NCBI GenBank assembly: GCA_041739715.1
Contig: JBGSNJ010000097.1
Coordinates: 1-47,847 of the forward strand
Length of the DNA: 47,847 nucleotides
Direction of reading: 5' to 3'
Source: Aestuariivirga sp.
Lineage (GTDB): Bacteria > Pseudomonadota > Alphaproteobacteria > Rhizobiales > Aestuariivirgaceae
Shown here: positions 7,953 to 17,207 of the stretch, piece after piece
Layout of the letters: the number at the start of each line of letters is the position of its first letter
Numbering within the stretch: the first letter of the stretch is position 1
Notes under the pieces: generated by a model
What the model saw: only the letters and a program-made list of their open reading frames with translations
What the model was told of the DNA's origin: nothing
The model's database searches: none
Made by a program: the position numbers and the translations under genes

Positions 7953-8807
7953 ATGATCGACTTCCCAATCATCGATACACACGTTCACCTGCTCGACACG
8001 CAGCGCTTCGGTTACTCCTGGGCCAAGGGCGCGCCCAAGCTGGGGCGAGACTGGACGATCGCCGATCTCACCGAGTGTGCCAATCCCTACACGATCGAGG
8101 GGCTCGTCTTCGTCGAGGTCGATGTCGACATGCCGCAGTATCTTGACGAGGCCGTCTGGGTGCAGTCGCTGGCCGACAAGGAGCCCCGGCTCAAGGGCTG
8201 CGTTGCCTGCCTGCCCATGGAACGCGGCGCGGCACTGGAGCCGGAGATGGCGCAGCTTGCCGGTCTGAAGGTGATGCGGGGTGTGCGCCGGCTGATCCAG
8301 AACCAGCCGGACCCCGCGTTCGTGCTGAAGCCGGACTTCCTGGCAGCGGTCAAGCTGCTGCCGCGCTACGGGCTGTCCTTCGACATCTGCATTTTCCATC
8401 ACCAGCTTCCGAACACGCTGGAACTGGTGCGCCGCTGTCCCGAGGTGTCGTTCATTCTCGATCACATCGCCAAGCCGGGCATCAAGGCCGGCCTGACCGA
8501 TCCGTGGAAGAAGCACGTCAAGGAACTGGCGGAGATGCCGAATGTCGTCTGCAAGCTCTCGGGCGTGACCACCGAAGCCGACCACGCGAACTGGACGCGC
8601 GAGCAGCTGCGCCCCTACATAGATCATGTCATTGACTGCTTTGGCTTTGACCGGATCATGTATGGCGGCGACTGGCCGGTCTCCGAACTCGCCGGTCGCT
8701 ATACCGACTGGATCGGGGTTCTCGACTGGGCCACGGCAGGTTGCACGCCGGCGGAGAAGCGGAAGCTGTTCCGGGACAACGGCATGCGGGCCTATCGACT
8801 GAGCTAG
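7953..8807 (+). CDS. Amidohydrolase_2 family protein (COG3618, sugar-lactonase-like)
   Basis: IIDTHVH, GVRR, LDHIAKP, CKLSG, RIMYGGDWPVS motifs; ATG 7953 after GGAG. Confidence 0.85.
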   Translation: MIDFPIIDTHVHLLDTQRFGYSWAKGAPKLGRDWTIADLTECANPYTIEGLVFVEVDVDMPQYLDEAVWVQSLADKEPRLKGCVACLPMERGAALEPEMAQLAGLKVMRGVRRLIQNQPDPAFVLKPDFLAAVKLLPRYGLSFDICIFHHQLPNTLELVRRCPEVSFILDHIAKPGIKAGLTDPWKKHVKELAEMPNVVCKLSGVTTEADHANWTREQLRPYIDHVIDCFGFDRIMYGGDWPVSELAGRYTDWIGVLDWATAGCTPAEKRKLFRDNGMRAYRLS

Positions 8808-8821
8808 ACGTCGTGCGGGTG

Positions 8822-9526
8822 ATGCGCTTGACCCCCGAGCTCGTGGCCCGCTGTCACCGGGACGTGCCCGAGACGAAGGGTCACCCGGCCCATGACTATT
8901 TCGAGGATGCGGACTACGACCGGGCAACCGCAGCCGTGCTGGCGGCAAGGCCGGAAGGTCCGCTCTGGCTCTTTGCCTATGGGTCTCTTCTGTGGAGACC
9001 TGAGTTCGAAGCCATCGAGGCGCGCCGCGCCATGGCGAGCGGGTGGCAGCGCGGGTTCTCGATGCAAATCCTGAGCCATCGCGGCACGCCCGAGCAGCCG
9101 GGCTACATGATGTGCCTCGATCCGGGGGGAGAATGCGAGGGTCTTGCGCTGCGCCTGCGCGAGGAGGACGCAACGGCGCAGATCCGGATTCTGCTCTATC
9201 GCGAGATCGGCAGCCACGAGGCGCTGGACGGCGTGCGCTGGATCGAATTGAACAGCGCCACCGGTCCGCTCAAGGCCCTTACGTTTTACGCACGGCCCGA
9301 CCGGTTGCCTCTCTATCAGCCCAACCGGTCCCTGGATGAGATTGCCCATGGCCTGGCGCGGGCCTGCGGCCATTGGGGATCGGGTGCAGCCTATCTCTAC
9401 AACACCGTCAGTCATCTGGAAGACCTTGGCATTCACGATCCACGCCTGTGGGAGCTGCAGGAAAGGGTCGCTGCCGAGATCGAGAGAATTCATGCTGGCC
9501 AAGCGGCCGGTGATGCCGGGCGGTAG
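8822..9526 (+). CDS. chaC: ChaC-family gamma-glutamylcyclotransferase
   Basis: WLFAYGSLLW, RGTPEQPG, RE, G..GS.A.YL motifs; start at ATG 8822 inferred. Confidence 0.85.
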   Translation: MRLTPELVARCHRDVPETKGHPAHDYFEDADYDRATAAVLAARPEGPLWLFAYGSLLWRPEFEAIEARRAMASGWQRGFSMQILSHRGTPEQPGYMMCLDPGGECEGLALRLREEDATAQIRILLYREIGSHEALDGVRWIELNSATGPLKALTFYARPDRLPLYQPNRSLDEIAHGLARACGHWGSGAAYLYNTVSHLEDLGIHDPRLWELQERVAAEIERIHAGQAAGDAGR

Positions 9527-9976
9527 GCCGCCGCCAAGCCGGACGGTTGTGGCAGGGGTTTGCCGGAACGCCTCTCCGTCGATTTCAGGATCGTTGCATG
9601 TTCAGTAAGATAGATCAGCCTGCCGCATGAGCGGAATCTGGCACCGGGCTTGCATCGCGTTTGCGAGACAGGATGTGGGACGATCATGAGGTGCAGGATG
9701 TTGAAGGAGGAGGTTTCCAGATGCGCCCCCGTATTCATCGCCATGTCGGTCTCGGGCGAGACGTGGAAGGAGGGTCTGCTATGAACAGGGGCGATGCGCC
9801 ATGCGTGGTTACCACAACGTTCAGGACCCGGCCGGACACTGACCGTGAGCCCGCTGCAAGGCGCCGAATCCCCAGCCGGAAACGATCTCAAACTCAAGCC
9901 GATGCCCATCAGCAGAATCCCCTTGCGATTTGGGCTGTACATCAGAACATCGATCAACAGTAACCAGGAGGACGAC

Positions 9977-10957
9977 ATGACCCATCTGAACCGTCGCGGC
10001 TTCATTGCCGGCAGTACCTTCCTTGCAACTTCGCTTTTCGCCGGTGCTCCGGCCTTTGCCGCGACCCGCTACATCACCATCGGCACCGGTGGTACGGGCG
10101 GCGTGTTCTATCCCTATGGTGGAGGGCTTGCGCAGCTCCTGTCAGCCAAGCTTCCGGAAACCCAGGTCACGGCCGAGGTGACGGGCGGATCGGTCGACAA
10201 CGTGAAGCTGCTGAGCGCGGGCAACGCCGAAATCGGGTTTTCGACCATCGATTCGGCCTATGACGGCATGAAGGGCGAGGCAGCCTACAAGGACGTCGGC
10301 CCCCAGAAGATCGCCACGCTGGCGGTCCTCTATCCCAGCTTCCTGCATGTCGTGGCCTCCAAGGCCAGCGGCATCAAGACCATCGCCGACATCAAGGGCA
10401 AGCGGGCCTCTGTGGGCTCTGCCGGTTCTTCGACGGAGTCCATTGCCGATCGCATGCTGATGGCAGCCGGTGTCGATCCCATGACGGAGGTGACCCGCGA
10501 CAATCTGGGCGTGGCCGAGTCCGCCGGCGCCATCAAGGACGGCAAGGTCGATGTCTTCTTCTGGATCGGCGGGGTGCCGACGCCTGCTGTCAAGGACCTG
10601 GTCTCCACCAATGGCGACGACGTCGTCTTCGTCGGATCCAGCGACGTGGCTCCCAAACTCGCCGAGGCCTATCCCGGCGTCTATACGTCCGGAATGTTGA
10701 AGAAGGAGGCCTATGCCAATCTGTCCGACGATCTCCCGACACTCGTGGTCGACAACGTGCTCATCGTCCCCGAAGCCCTCGATGGCGGGCTGGTGACCGA
10801 AGTCCTGACGGCGATCTTCGACAACCTCGCGGACGTCCATGCCATCCATCCCTCGGCCAAGAGGCTGTCGCTTGAAACGGCGGCCGCGAAGACGGCGGTT
10901 CCCTATCATCCCGCGGCGGTGGAATTCTACAAGAGCCGCGGCATCACGGCAGGTTGA
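9977..10957 (+). CDS. TAXI-family TRAP solute-binding protein with Tat signal
   Basis: ATG 9977 after AGGAGG; NRRGFI; TIGTGGTGGVFYPYG, TGGSVDN, HPAAVEFY. Confidence 0.92.
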   Translation: MTHLNRRGFIAGSTFLATSLFAGAPAFAATRYITIGTGGTGGVFYPYGGGLAQLLSAKLPETQVTAEVTGGSVDNVKLLSAGNAEIGFSTIDSAYDGMKGEAAYKDVGPQKIATLAVLYPSFLHVVASKASGIKTIADIKGKRASVGSAGSSTESIADRMLMAAGVDPMTEVTRDNLGVAESAGAIKDGKVDVFFWIGGVPTPAVKDLVSTNGDDVVFVGSSDVAPKLAEAYPGVYTSGMLKKEAYANLSDDLPTLVVDNVLIVPEALDGGLVTEVLTAIFDNLADVHAIHPSAKRLSLETAAAKTAVPYHPAAVEFYKSRGITAG

Positions 10958-10985
10958 TCGCAGCCAGTCAGGACAGGAGAGCGGC

Positions 10986-13091
10986 ATGGCAGCGGCGAAG
11001 CAGTCGAAACCCACACTCTCGGCAGCAGAGCTTGAAGCTTTGGCCGCGGACAGCGAGCAGGGCGTGACGCGCCGGCTCACCGGCTGGGAAAGCTGGCTGG
11101 CCTCCGCGCTTTGCGCGTCGCTGTCGCTCTACGCCCTCTACTGGACGCAGTTCGCGATCAACACCTCGGTGTACCGCGCCACCTTCCTCGGCATCGTGTT
11201 GGCGGCGGCCTTCGTCATCTTTCCGATCCACCGGAAGCTGACGGGCCGCCACCTGCGCCTCCTCGATGCGGTGCTGATTGCGCTGTCTGTGATCACCATC
11301 TGGTACTTTGTTTCCCATCTCGAAGCGACCAAGACCAGGGCCACGGCACCGTTGCAGATCGAGATATGGCTAGGCGGAGCCCTCATGCTTCTGGTGCTGG
11401 AAGCCACCCGGCGGGCCACCGGCTGGGCCCTGCCGCTGATCGCAATCGGCTTTCTCGTCTATGGCTATTTCGGGCCCTACATGCCCGAACCCTTCAATCA
11501 TCGCGGCTTCTCGATCGCGCGCATCGTCGGCCAGAACTACCTGACGCTCGAGGGCCTGTTCTCGACGCCGATGGACGTGGCCGCGACCTTCATCATCGTG
11601 TTTGCGCTCTATGGCGCCGTCCTCGACCGTGGCGGGGCCGGGCGCTTCTTCATCGACTGGGCCTTTGCGCTCTTTGGCAAGCGCCCGTCAGCGGCGGCAC
11701 CCGGGCGCGCCGTGGTGGCATCCGGGTTCCTGCTCGGAACCGTCTCGGGGTCCGGCATCGCCACGACCGTGACGCTCTCGTCACTGTCCTGGCCGCTTCT
11801 GAAGCGGTCCGGCTACACGCCGACGGTTGCGGGCGGCCTGACCTCTGCAGCCGGCATCGGCGCCACGCTTTCGCCGCCGACGCTGGGGGCTGCCGCCTTC
11901 ATCATCGCCGAGTATCTGGAGATCGACTACGTCGACGTGCTGATCATGGCAGCCATCCCGACGGTCCTCTACTATCTCAGTTGCTGGTTCATGGTGGAGG
12001 GAGACGCGCGCAAGCTGGGGGTGACGCCGGTCAGGACGAGCGATGAGTCGCTCTGGGGACTGACGACCCGCAAGGGCTATCACTTCATATCGCTCGCCGC
12101 GATCGCGGTGCTGCTGGCCACCGGCATGAGCGCCTTCCTCGCGGTGTTCTGGTCGATCATCATCGCCTTTGCGCTCAGCATGATCAGGGCCGAGGACCGC
12201 CTGCTGGCACCCTATGGCGCGATCGCGGGCCTGGCTGTCTTCGCGCTGGCCTGGGCGCTGGGCGTGCGGCTTTCGGTTTCGGCCTATCTCGGCCTGATGG
12301 CGGGCGGGGGCGTCACGCTGCTGCTCCATGCCCTAGGGAATGATCCCGACCGCGCCGGGCCGCGGCTGGTGGACACCTTCGTGGAGGGCGGCAAGAGTTG
12401 CGTCGGAATTGCCGCGACCTGCGCCACCGCCGGCATCATCGTGTCGATCATCAACCTCTCCGGCCTGGGCCTCAAGCTGTCGGGCGTCATCGTCGACATT
12501 GGCGGCGGGAATCTCGGCATGACCCTGCTCCTTGCGGCCGCAGCCATGTGGCTGCTCGGCACGGCGGTGCCGGTGACCGCTTCCTACATCATTGCCGCCG
12601 TGGTGCTTGTACCGGCCCTGGTATCGCTGGGCGTGGCGCCGCAGGCGGCCCACATGTTCATGTTCTACTATGCGGTGCTGGCCGACGTATCGCCGCCAAC
12701 CGCGCTATCGCCCTTCGCGGCCGCCGCCATCTGCGGGGGCGCGCCGTTCGCCACCATGATGCAGGCCTGGAAGTACACGCTCCCGGCTTTCGTGGTTCCG
12801 GTCATCTTCTGCCTGCCGCCCTTCGGCACGGGGCTCCTGCTGGACGGCAGTCCTGCAGAGATCGCGCTCATCACCATCACAGCCACTGCAGCGCTGGCTG
12901 GCCTGTCGCTTGCGGCTGTCGGCTGGATGCGGGGTCCGCTTTCAGGCATCGAGCGACTGATTGCGGCCCTTGCCGGCGTGGCGCTGATCGTTCCCTCCCC
13001 GGCAAGCCAGGTGGCAGGTGCCGCGGCCCTGGCTTCCGTCGTGGGATGGCAGGCGTACCGGTTCCGGCAGGCCCGGCAGCCGGGTCTATGA
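10986..13091 (+). CDS. TRAP transporter fused 4TM/12TM permease
   Basis: About 701 aa polytopic; LEATRR, SGSGIA, PP.LGAAAF, FYYAVLADVSPP motifs; follows TAXI SBP. Confidence 0.92.
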   Translation: MAAAKQSKPTLSAAELEALAADSEQGVTRRLTGWESWLASALCASLSLYALYWTQFAINTSVYRATFLGIVLAAAFVIFPIHRKLTGRHLRLLDAVLIALSVITIWYFVSHLEATKTRATAPLQIEIWLGGALMLLVLEATRRATGWALPLIAIGFLVYGYFGPYMPEPFNHRGFSIARIVGQNYLTLEGLFSTPMDVAATFIIVFALYGAVLDRGGAGRFFIDWAFALFGKRPSAAAPGRAVVASGFLLGTVSGSGIATTVTLSSLSWPLLKRSGYTPTVAGGLTSAAGIGATLSPPTLGAAAFIIAEYLEIDYVDVLIMAAIPTVLYYLSCWFMVEGDARKLGVTPVRTSDESLWGLTTRKGYHFISLAAIAVLLATGMSAFLAVFWSIIIAFALSMIRAEDRLLAPYGAIAGLAVFALAWALGVRLSVSAYLGLMAGGGVTLLLHALGNDPDRAGPRLVDTFVEGGKSCVGIAATCATAGIIVSIINLSGLGLKLSGVIVDIGGGNLGMTLLLAAAAMWLLGTAVPVTASYIIAAVVLVPALVSLGVAPQAAHMFMFYYAVLADVSPPTALSPFAAAAICGGAPFATMMQAWKYTLPAFVVPVIFCLPPFGTGLLLDGSPAEIALITITATAALAGLSLAAVGWMRGPLSGIERLIAALAGVALIVPSPASQVAGAAALASVVGWQAYRFRQARQPGL

Positions 13092-13601
13092 GCCGGCCGT
13101 CAGCGGCTTGCGGTAGATGAAGTAACGGCCCGGCACGGCATCAGGCGGCAGGGGCAGTTGCGCAAAGCCCGGGACTTCGAGATTGAGATCAGACAGGAGA
13201 AAGCCACCCGGCATCAGGGCCGGAGGCGCGATGCGCGGAACAAGCTCGCGCATCATCTGGTTGTGTTCGAGCGAAATGTCGCCCACGTCGGAATGCACCA
13301 GCGCGACCTTGCCCTCGAAGCGCTTTACATAGACCGGCAGGTTCACTTCGATGTCGCCGCGCACCAGATAGGGATCGGGTGGCAGGCAACCTTCGATGGG
13401 GCGCACGTCACGCTCGAAGACATAGATTTCGCGCCCTGGCTGATTGCGTCGCAGGTGGTCATAGGTGCGGCCCTTGCCGAGGCCCAGTTCGAAGACCGGG
13501 CCCTGCATGTCCGCCATCTGCGCGAAGACCCAGGCAAAGCAGGCATGCTGCGACTTCAGCCGGAAGTGAAACCGATCCAGCATGCTCAGTTCGGTCTGCA
13601 T
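13086..13601 (-). CDS. Class I SAM-dependent methyltransferase (Methyltransf_17-like)
   Basis: GPVFELGLGKGRTYDHLR...REIYVFER, LVHSD.G motifs; AAGGA RBS. Confidence 0.8.
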   Translation of the reverse strand: MQTELSMLDRFHFRLKSQHACFAWVFAQMADMQGPVFELGLGKGRTYDHLRRNQPGREIYVFERDVRPIEGCLPPDPYLVRGDIEVNLPVYVKRFEGKVALVHSDVGDISLEHNQMMRELVPRIAPPALMPGGFLLSDLNLEVPGFAQLPLPPDAVPGRYFIYRKPLTAGS

Positions 13602-13702
13602 CGCGGGGTCCTTTGGCGTTTCGCCATCGATTTTCTTGCTGGGCGCTGTCTAGCACAACCGCGGTGGCTCAATGCAACCCCCGAAGGGCCGGCAGGTAAC
13701 GT

Positions 13703-14860
13703 TCAGCTGGCAGCGGCCTTGAGCCGGCTGGCGGCCATTGCGTAGCCGCCGGCCCCGCCGTCGATAAAATGCATGTGATCACGCTGGAGCGGTGTCGGAA
13801 CGATGCAGGTCATCAGCGCGGTTTCCTGCCTGTGCAGTCCATACTGGCAGATGCCCTTTCGGGCGGCCTGTTCGAGAAACGTTTCGATTTCGCGCGAGCG
13901 CTGCCGGTCGAGATCGACCGTCATCTTGAGGCCGTCATCGAACTTGCGAAAGTCGGAGTTCTGCGCAACGTCGCGGCGATAGACCGCAGCATCGAACCTG
14001 CCCAATGGCACCTTGAACCGGTCGAGGAGCGCAACCAGCCAGACCTGGGCAATGATGCCGAGGCGGCGCAGCGGCCGCAACAGCGGTGCGCCTCCGGCGC
14101 GGGTTTCATAGGTCGTATTGCCCGGCTTGAAACTGGTCTCCGGCCCCACTTCGGGAATGGGGTGTCCGCCGCGCTCTTCCTCCCCGGTCAGGGCGACGAT
14201 CCGCGCGACGAGGTCGTCGAACTCGCCCTCCGATGCCCGCGGTCCCGGGACGGCGATGATCGAGAGGATCTCGCCGTGCCGGGAGGTCAAGGGATTCCAG
14301 CGGCATGACAGGCCGGAAAGATCGGGGCGTGCGCCGGGCGCAGCGGGCGGTTCGATGTAGCGGCCCGCCTTCATCTGCGCTTCGGCCCAGCTTGCGCCGC
14401 CGCCGGCGAACATGGCGTATGTGACTTCGAGGGCTACCTGGAAGCGGGCAACACGCACATCGAACCCATGTGCGCGAATGTCATCGACCGGCACCAACGC
14501 TGCACGAAGAGTGAGGGCAAGCTCTTCGGCAACCCAGGTCTGAACGGCTGCGAGGGCCTTGCGCGTGGCGGCCTCCGCCGAAGGCGGGACGGCCACCATG
14601 GCGCCATCGCCGCCGAAGACAAAGGGATATTCATGGTGCCCGTGCAGGGCATTGAGAATGGCGGAAATGACGCTGGCGCCTGCCATGTTCACGGCCCGGT
14701 ACTGTCCGGCCTCGATCGCCTTGGTCGATCCCACGATATCCGACGTGGCCAGCAGCCAGCCCTGCGGCAGGGGCCGGTAGAGTTCGAAACTGGCAACATC
14801 CGCGAAGTCGCGGAAGGCCGGCAGAGCTTCGTAGAATCTGTCCTGTGCGGGTGCGCTCAT
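13703..14860 (-). CDS. DUF3095 protein (nucleotide-cyclase-like fold)
   Basis: SDIVGSTKAI..G.YR.VNMAGA, PFVFGGDGA, LSGLSCRW, DFRKFDD, HMHFIDG..GGYA motifs. Confidence 0.85.
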   Translation of the reverse strand: MSAPAQDRFYEALPAFRDFADVASFELYRPLPQGWLLATSDIVGSTKAIEAGQYRAVNMAGASVISAILNALHGHHEYPFVFGGDGAMVAVPPSAEAATRKALAAVQTWVAEELALTLRAALVPVDDIRAHGFDVRVARFQVALEVTYAMFAGGGASWAEAQMKAGRYIEPPAAPGARPDLSGLSCRWNPLTSRHGEILSIIAVPGPRASEGEFDDLVARIVALTGEEERGGHPIPEVGPETSFKPGNTTYETRAGGAPLLRPLRRLGIIAQVWLVALLDRFKVPLGRFDAAVYRRDVAQNSDFRKFDDGLKMTVDLDRQRSREIETFLEQAARKGICQYGLHRQETALMTCIVPTPLQRDHMHFIDGGAGGYAMAASRLKAAAS

Positions 14861-15013
14861 ACAGCTTCAGATAGCATACCGCCCGGCTTCCCGCGACACG
14901 CGGCCGCCCGATCATCGCAATGTGATCTGCCGTGTCTCCCAGGGCTTTGTTGAACCTCCCGGCGAACTGGTCTAACTCTCTCTGCAACCAATCAACCCCG
15001 CAGTATCGGTGTA

Positions 15014-15886
15014 ATGTTCGAAGAGACCACAAAAGGCCTCCAGCGTGTGCTGGCGCGGGCAATTCTCGGGCCGCTGTTCTCGTTTCACTTCATGCGCCGC
15101 CGCGCACTTGCAATGCTGAACCAGCATTTCGACAAGGGCGAACTCACCCTCCGTTATCGCATGATGGATCACACCCTGTTTCTCGATCCGGCCGACGACG
15201 TGATTGCTGCACGCGTCCTGCTGCGCGGCGACTGGCAGCGCCGGGACCTGTTGCGGGTGGTTTCCCTGCTCAGGACGCATGTGCCCAAGTCAGCCGGACG
15301 GAGGTTCATCGATGTCGGAGCAAACATCGGTACCGAAACCGTCTATGCCATGCTCAGCGGACACTTCTCGGGCGCTGTCTCGATCGAGCCGGAACCGCAT
15401 AACTTTTCCCTGCTCTCGGAAAACCTTGCGGCAAATGGGCTGGGCTCGCGCGTGCAGGCTGTCAATTGTGCGGCAGGGGCAAAGGCGGGCACTGCGGTCC
15501 TCGCGCGCAGCGAGTCGAACAAGGGAGGCCACGCGCTGTCGGTTGATGCCGGTGGTGCTGACCGCATTGCGGTCGAGGTGCTGCCGGTCGATTCCATTCT
15601 CGCCAATCTGGGCATTGAGGCCTCCGAAGCCGGGCTGGTATGGATCGATGTCAATGGAACCGAGCAGGACGTACTGTCGGGCATGACGTCATTGCTGCGC
15701 CACAAGGTGCCCGTTGTGCTTGAGCACCTTCCGACTTTCATCACCGCGGATCAGGCGCGCAGCATACACCGATTGCTGGCAGCACATTACCGCCACTATT
15801 GCCGCGTGGACGACGTCGACCGCGAACCGGCCGATGTCGTTCGCATGGACCCGTTGAAGGATACCGGCGACTTTCTGTTCTTCTGA
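15014..15886 (+). CDS. FkbM-family methyltransferase
   Basis: FIDVGANIG, IEPEP.NF..L..N, LVWIDVNGTE..VL.G. Confidence 0.85.
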   Translation: MFEETTKGLQRVLARAILGPLFSFHFMRRRALAMLNQHFDKGELTLRYRMMDHTLFLDPADDVIAARVLLRGDWQRRDLLRVVSLLRTHVPKSAGRRFIDVGANIGTETVYAMLSGHFSGAVSIEPEPHNFSLLSENLAANGLGSRVQAVNCAAGAKAGTAVLARSESNKGGHALSVDAGGADRIAVEVLPVDSILANLGIEASEAGLVWIDVNGTEQDVLSGMTSLLRHKVPVVLEHLPTFITADQARSIHRLLAAHYRHYCRVDDVDREPADVVRMDPLKDTGDFLFF

Positions 15887-15963
15887 TTCCAATGCCAGGC
15901 CACACTCGACGCGCCGGAGAACATCGCCTAGTCTCTTTCCAAAAGGGACGAAACGGAGGTCCT

Positions 15964-16185
15964 GTGACAGACGCGCTGCCAAACTCCGGATCAAGTGCCT
16001 ACTGGGAGCGCCGCTATCGCAAGGGATCTAGGTCGTGCCCGGGTGCTGCCTTCAGCCGACTCGCGCGGTGCAAGGCTGAAGCGGTCAACCGGGCCGTCTG
16101 GGAAGACGATAACGTCATTGTCAACTCAGTGAAAGTTCTGGACAACAAATCCTTTGCGGATTTTCATATCCATAGCCATCCATGA
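15964..16185 (+). pseudogene. Probable internally deleted SAM methyltransferase remnant
   Basis: GTG after GGAGGT; 73 aa; S.AYWERRY..G..S..G....LA..KA..N N-terminal motif joined to SFADF.I C-terminal-like motif, with no SAM-binding glycine motif between them. Confidence 0.5.
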
Positions 16186-16197
16186 AGCGCGAGAACG

Positions 16198-17172
16198 GTG
16201 GCCGCATCCCTGAAAGATCCGGAGACCCCGCTGGGCCGCATCGTGAAGTTCTGGAACAAGCCGCGGCATCGCAAGCGCAAGGCGCTTCGTGACCTCGCCG
16301 AGCGCCATCGCCTGCTTGAGCCCTTCATGCGCCTTCGGGCGTACGCCGCCTACGCGACCTGCCATGTCCGGCGCCGCCGCCAGCATGGCCTGCCGGGCCC
16401 ACTTGTGGTCTCGCTGACGTCTTATCCGCCGCGCTTTCCGACCCTTCATCTGACTCTGATGACGCTGCTTAGCCAACAGGTGCTGCCGGACCGGGTGGTG
16501 CTCTATGTGTTCGACGATGACCACGCGTCCCTGCCGCGTGATGTTCTGGCCCTGGCCGGCGATCTGCTCGACATCCGCCGCGTGCCGACGGACATTCGGA
16601 GCTACAAGAAACTTGTCCCGGCGCTGGGCGATTTCCCGCAGGCCTTCATTGCCACCGCCGACGATGATGTTCGCTATCGTTCGACATGGCTGGGAGAACT
16701 GGTGTCGGCACATGACCCTGCAGTCCGCGAGGTCATCGGGCGCCGGGCGCATCGCATCAGGACCGATGCCAGTGGCATGATCCTTCCTTACCGGGACTGG
16801 GAGCAGCGCGTCGAATCGACGATACGGGCCGATCCTTCCATCTTGCTGACCGGAGTTGGCGGTATCCTCTATCCGCCGGGCGTACTCTCGCCCATGGCGA
16901 CGGACGAGAGCCGTTTCATGCGCCTTTGCCCATCCGCGGACGACGTCTGGTTCTACTTCATGGCGCGGCTCGCCGGTGCAGCCTGCCGCAAGATCGGGCA
17001 GGGGCCGAAAGACTACTACTGGGAACCGTCGCAGGGCGTCGCCCTGAGCACGTTCAATGTGGAGGGCAGCGGAAACGACGAGGCCTTTGCCCGCATGGTA
17101 GAGCGCTTTGGCAATCCCCTGAACCCGGGGTTTGGAGGACGCAAGGTGGACCACGACCGGGTTTCCGGCTAA
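16198..17172 (+). CDS. Glycosyltransferase (GT-A fold, capsule-associated type)
   Basis: VVSLTSYPPRF, RSYKKLVP, TADDD (DXD), TGVGGILYPP, ADDVWF motifs. Confidence 0.82.
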   Translation: MAASLKDPETPLGRIVKFWNKPRHRKRKALRDLAERHRLLEPFMRLRAYAAYATCHVRRRRQHGLPGPLVVSLTSYPPRFPTLHLTLMTLLSQQVLPDRVVLYVFDDDHASLPRDVLALAGDLLDIRRVPTDIRSYKKLVPALGDFPQAFIATADDDVRYRSTWLGELVSAHDPAVREVIGRRAHRIRTDASGMILPYRDWEQRVESTIRADPSILLTGVGGILYPPGVLSPMATDESRFMRLCPSADDVWFYFMARLAGAACRKIGQGPKDYYWEPSQGVALSTFNVEGSGNDEAFARMVERFGNPLNPGFGGRKVDHDRVSG

Positions 17173-17207
17173 GCCGGACCCTCGGGAACGGAGTGCTCAG
17201 CCGGACG

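Noticed and set aside
49-9526. ChaA and ChaC as a chaABC-like unit
   Set aside because: About 7.7 kb apart with unrelated operons between them; no chaB
14921-14936. TGTGATCT as a CRP site between DUF3095 and FkbM
   Set aside because: Half-site only; no TCACA partner at the required spacing
16183-16200. Single in-frame TGA between the mini-ORF and the GT as readthrough or selenocysteine
   Set aside because: No SECIS-like hairpin or catalytic Cys context; a shared frame occurs by chance one time in three
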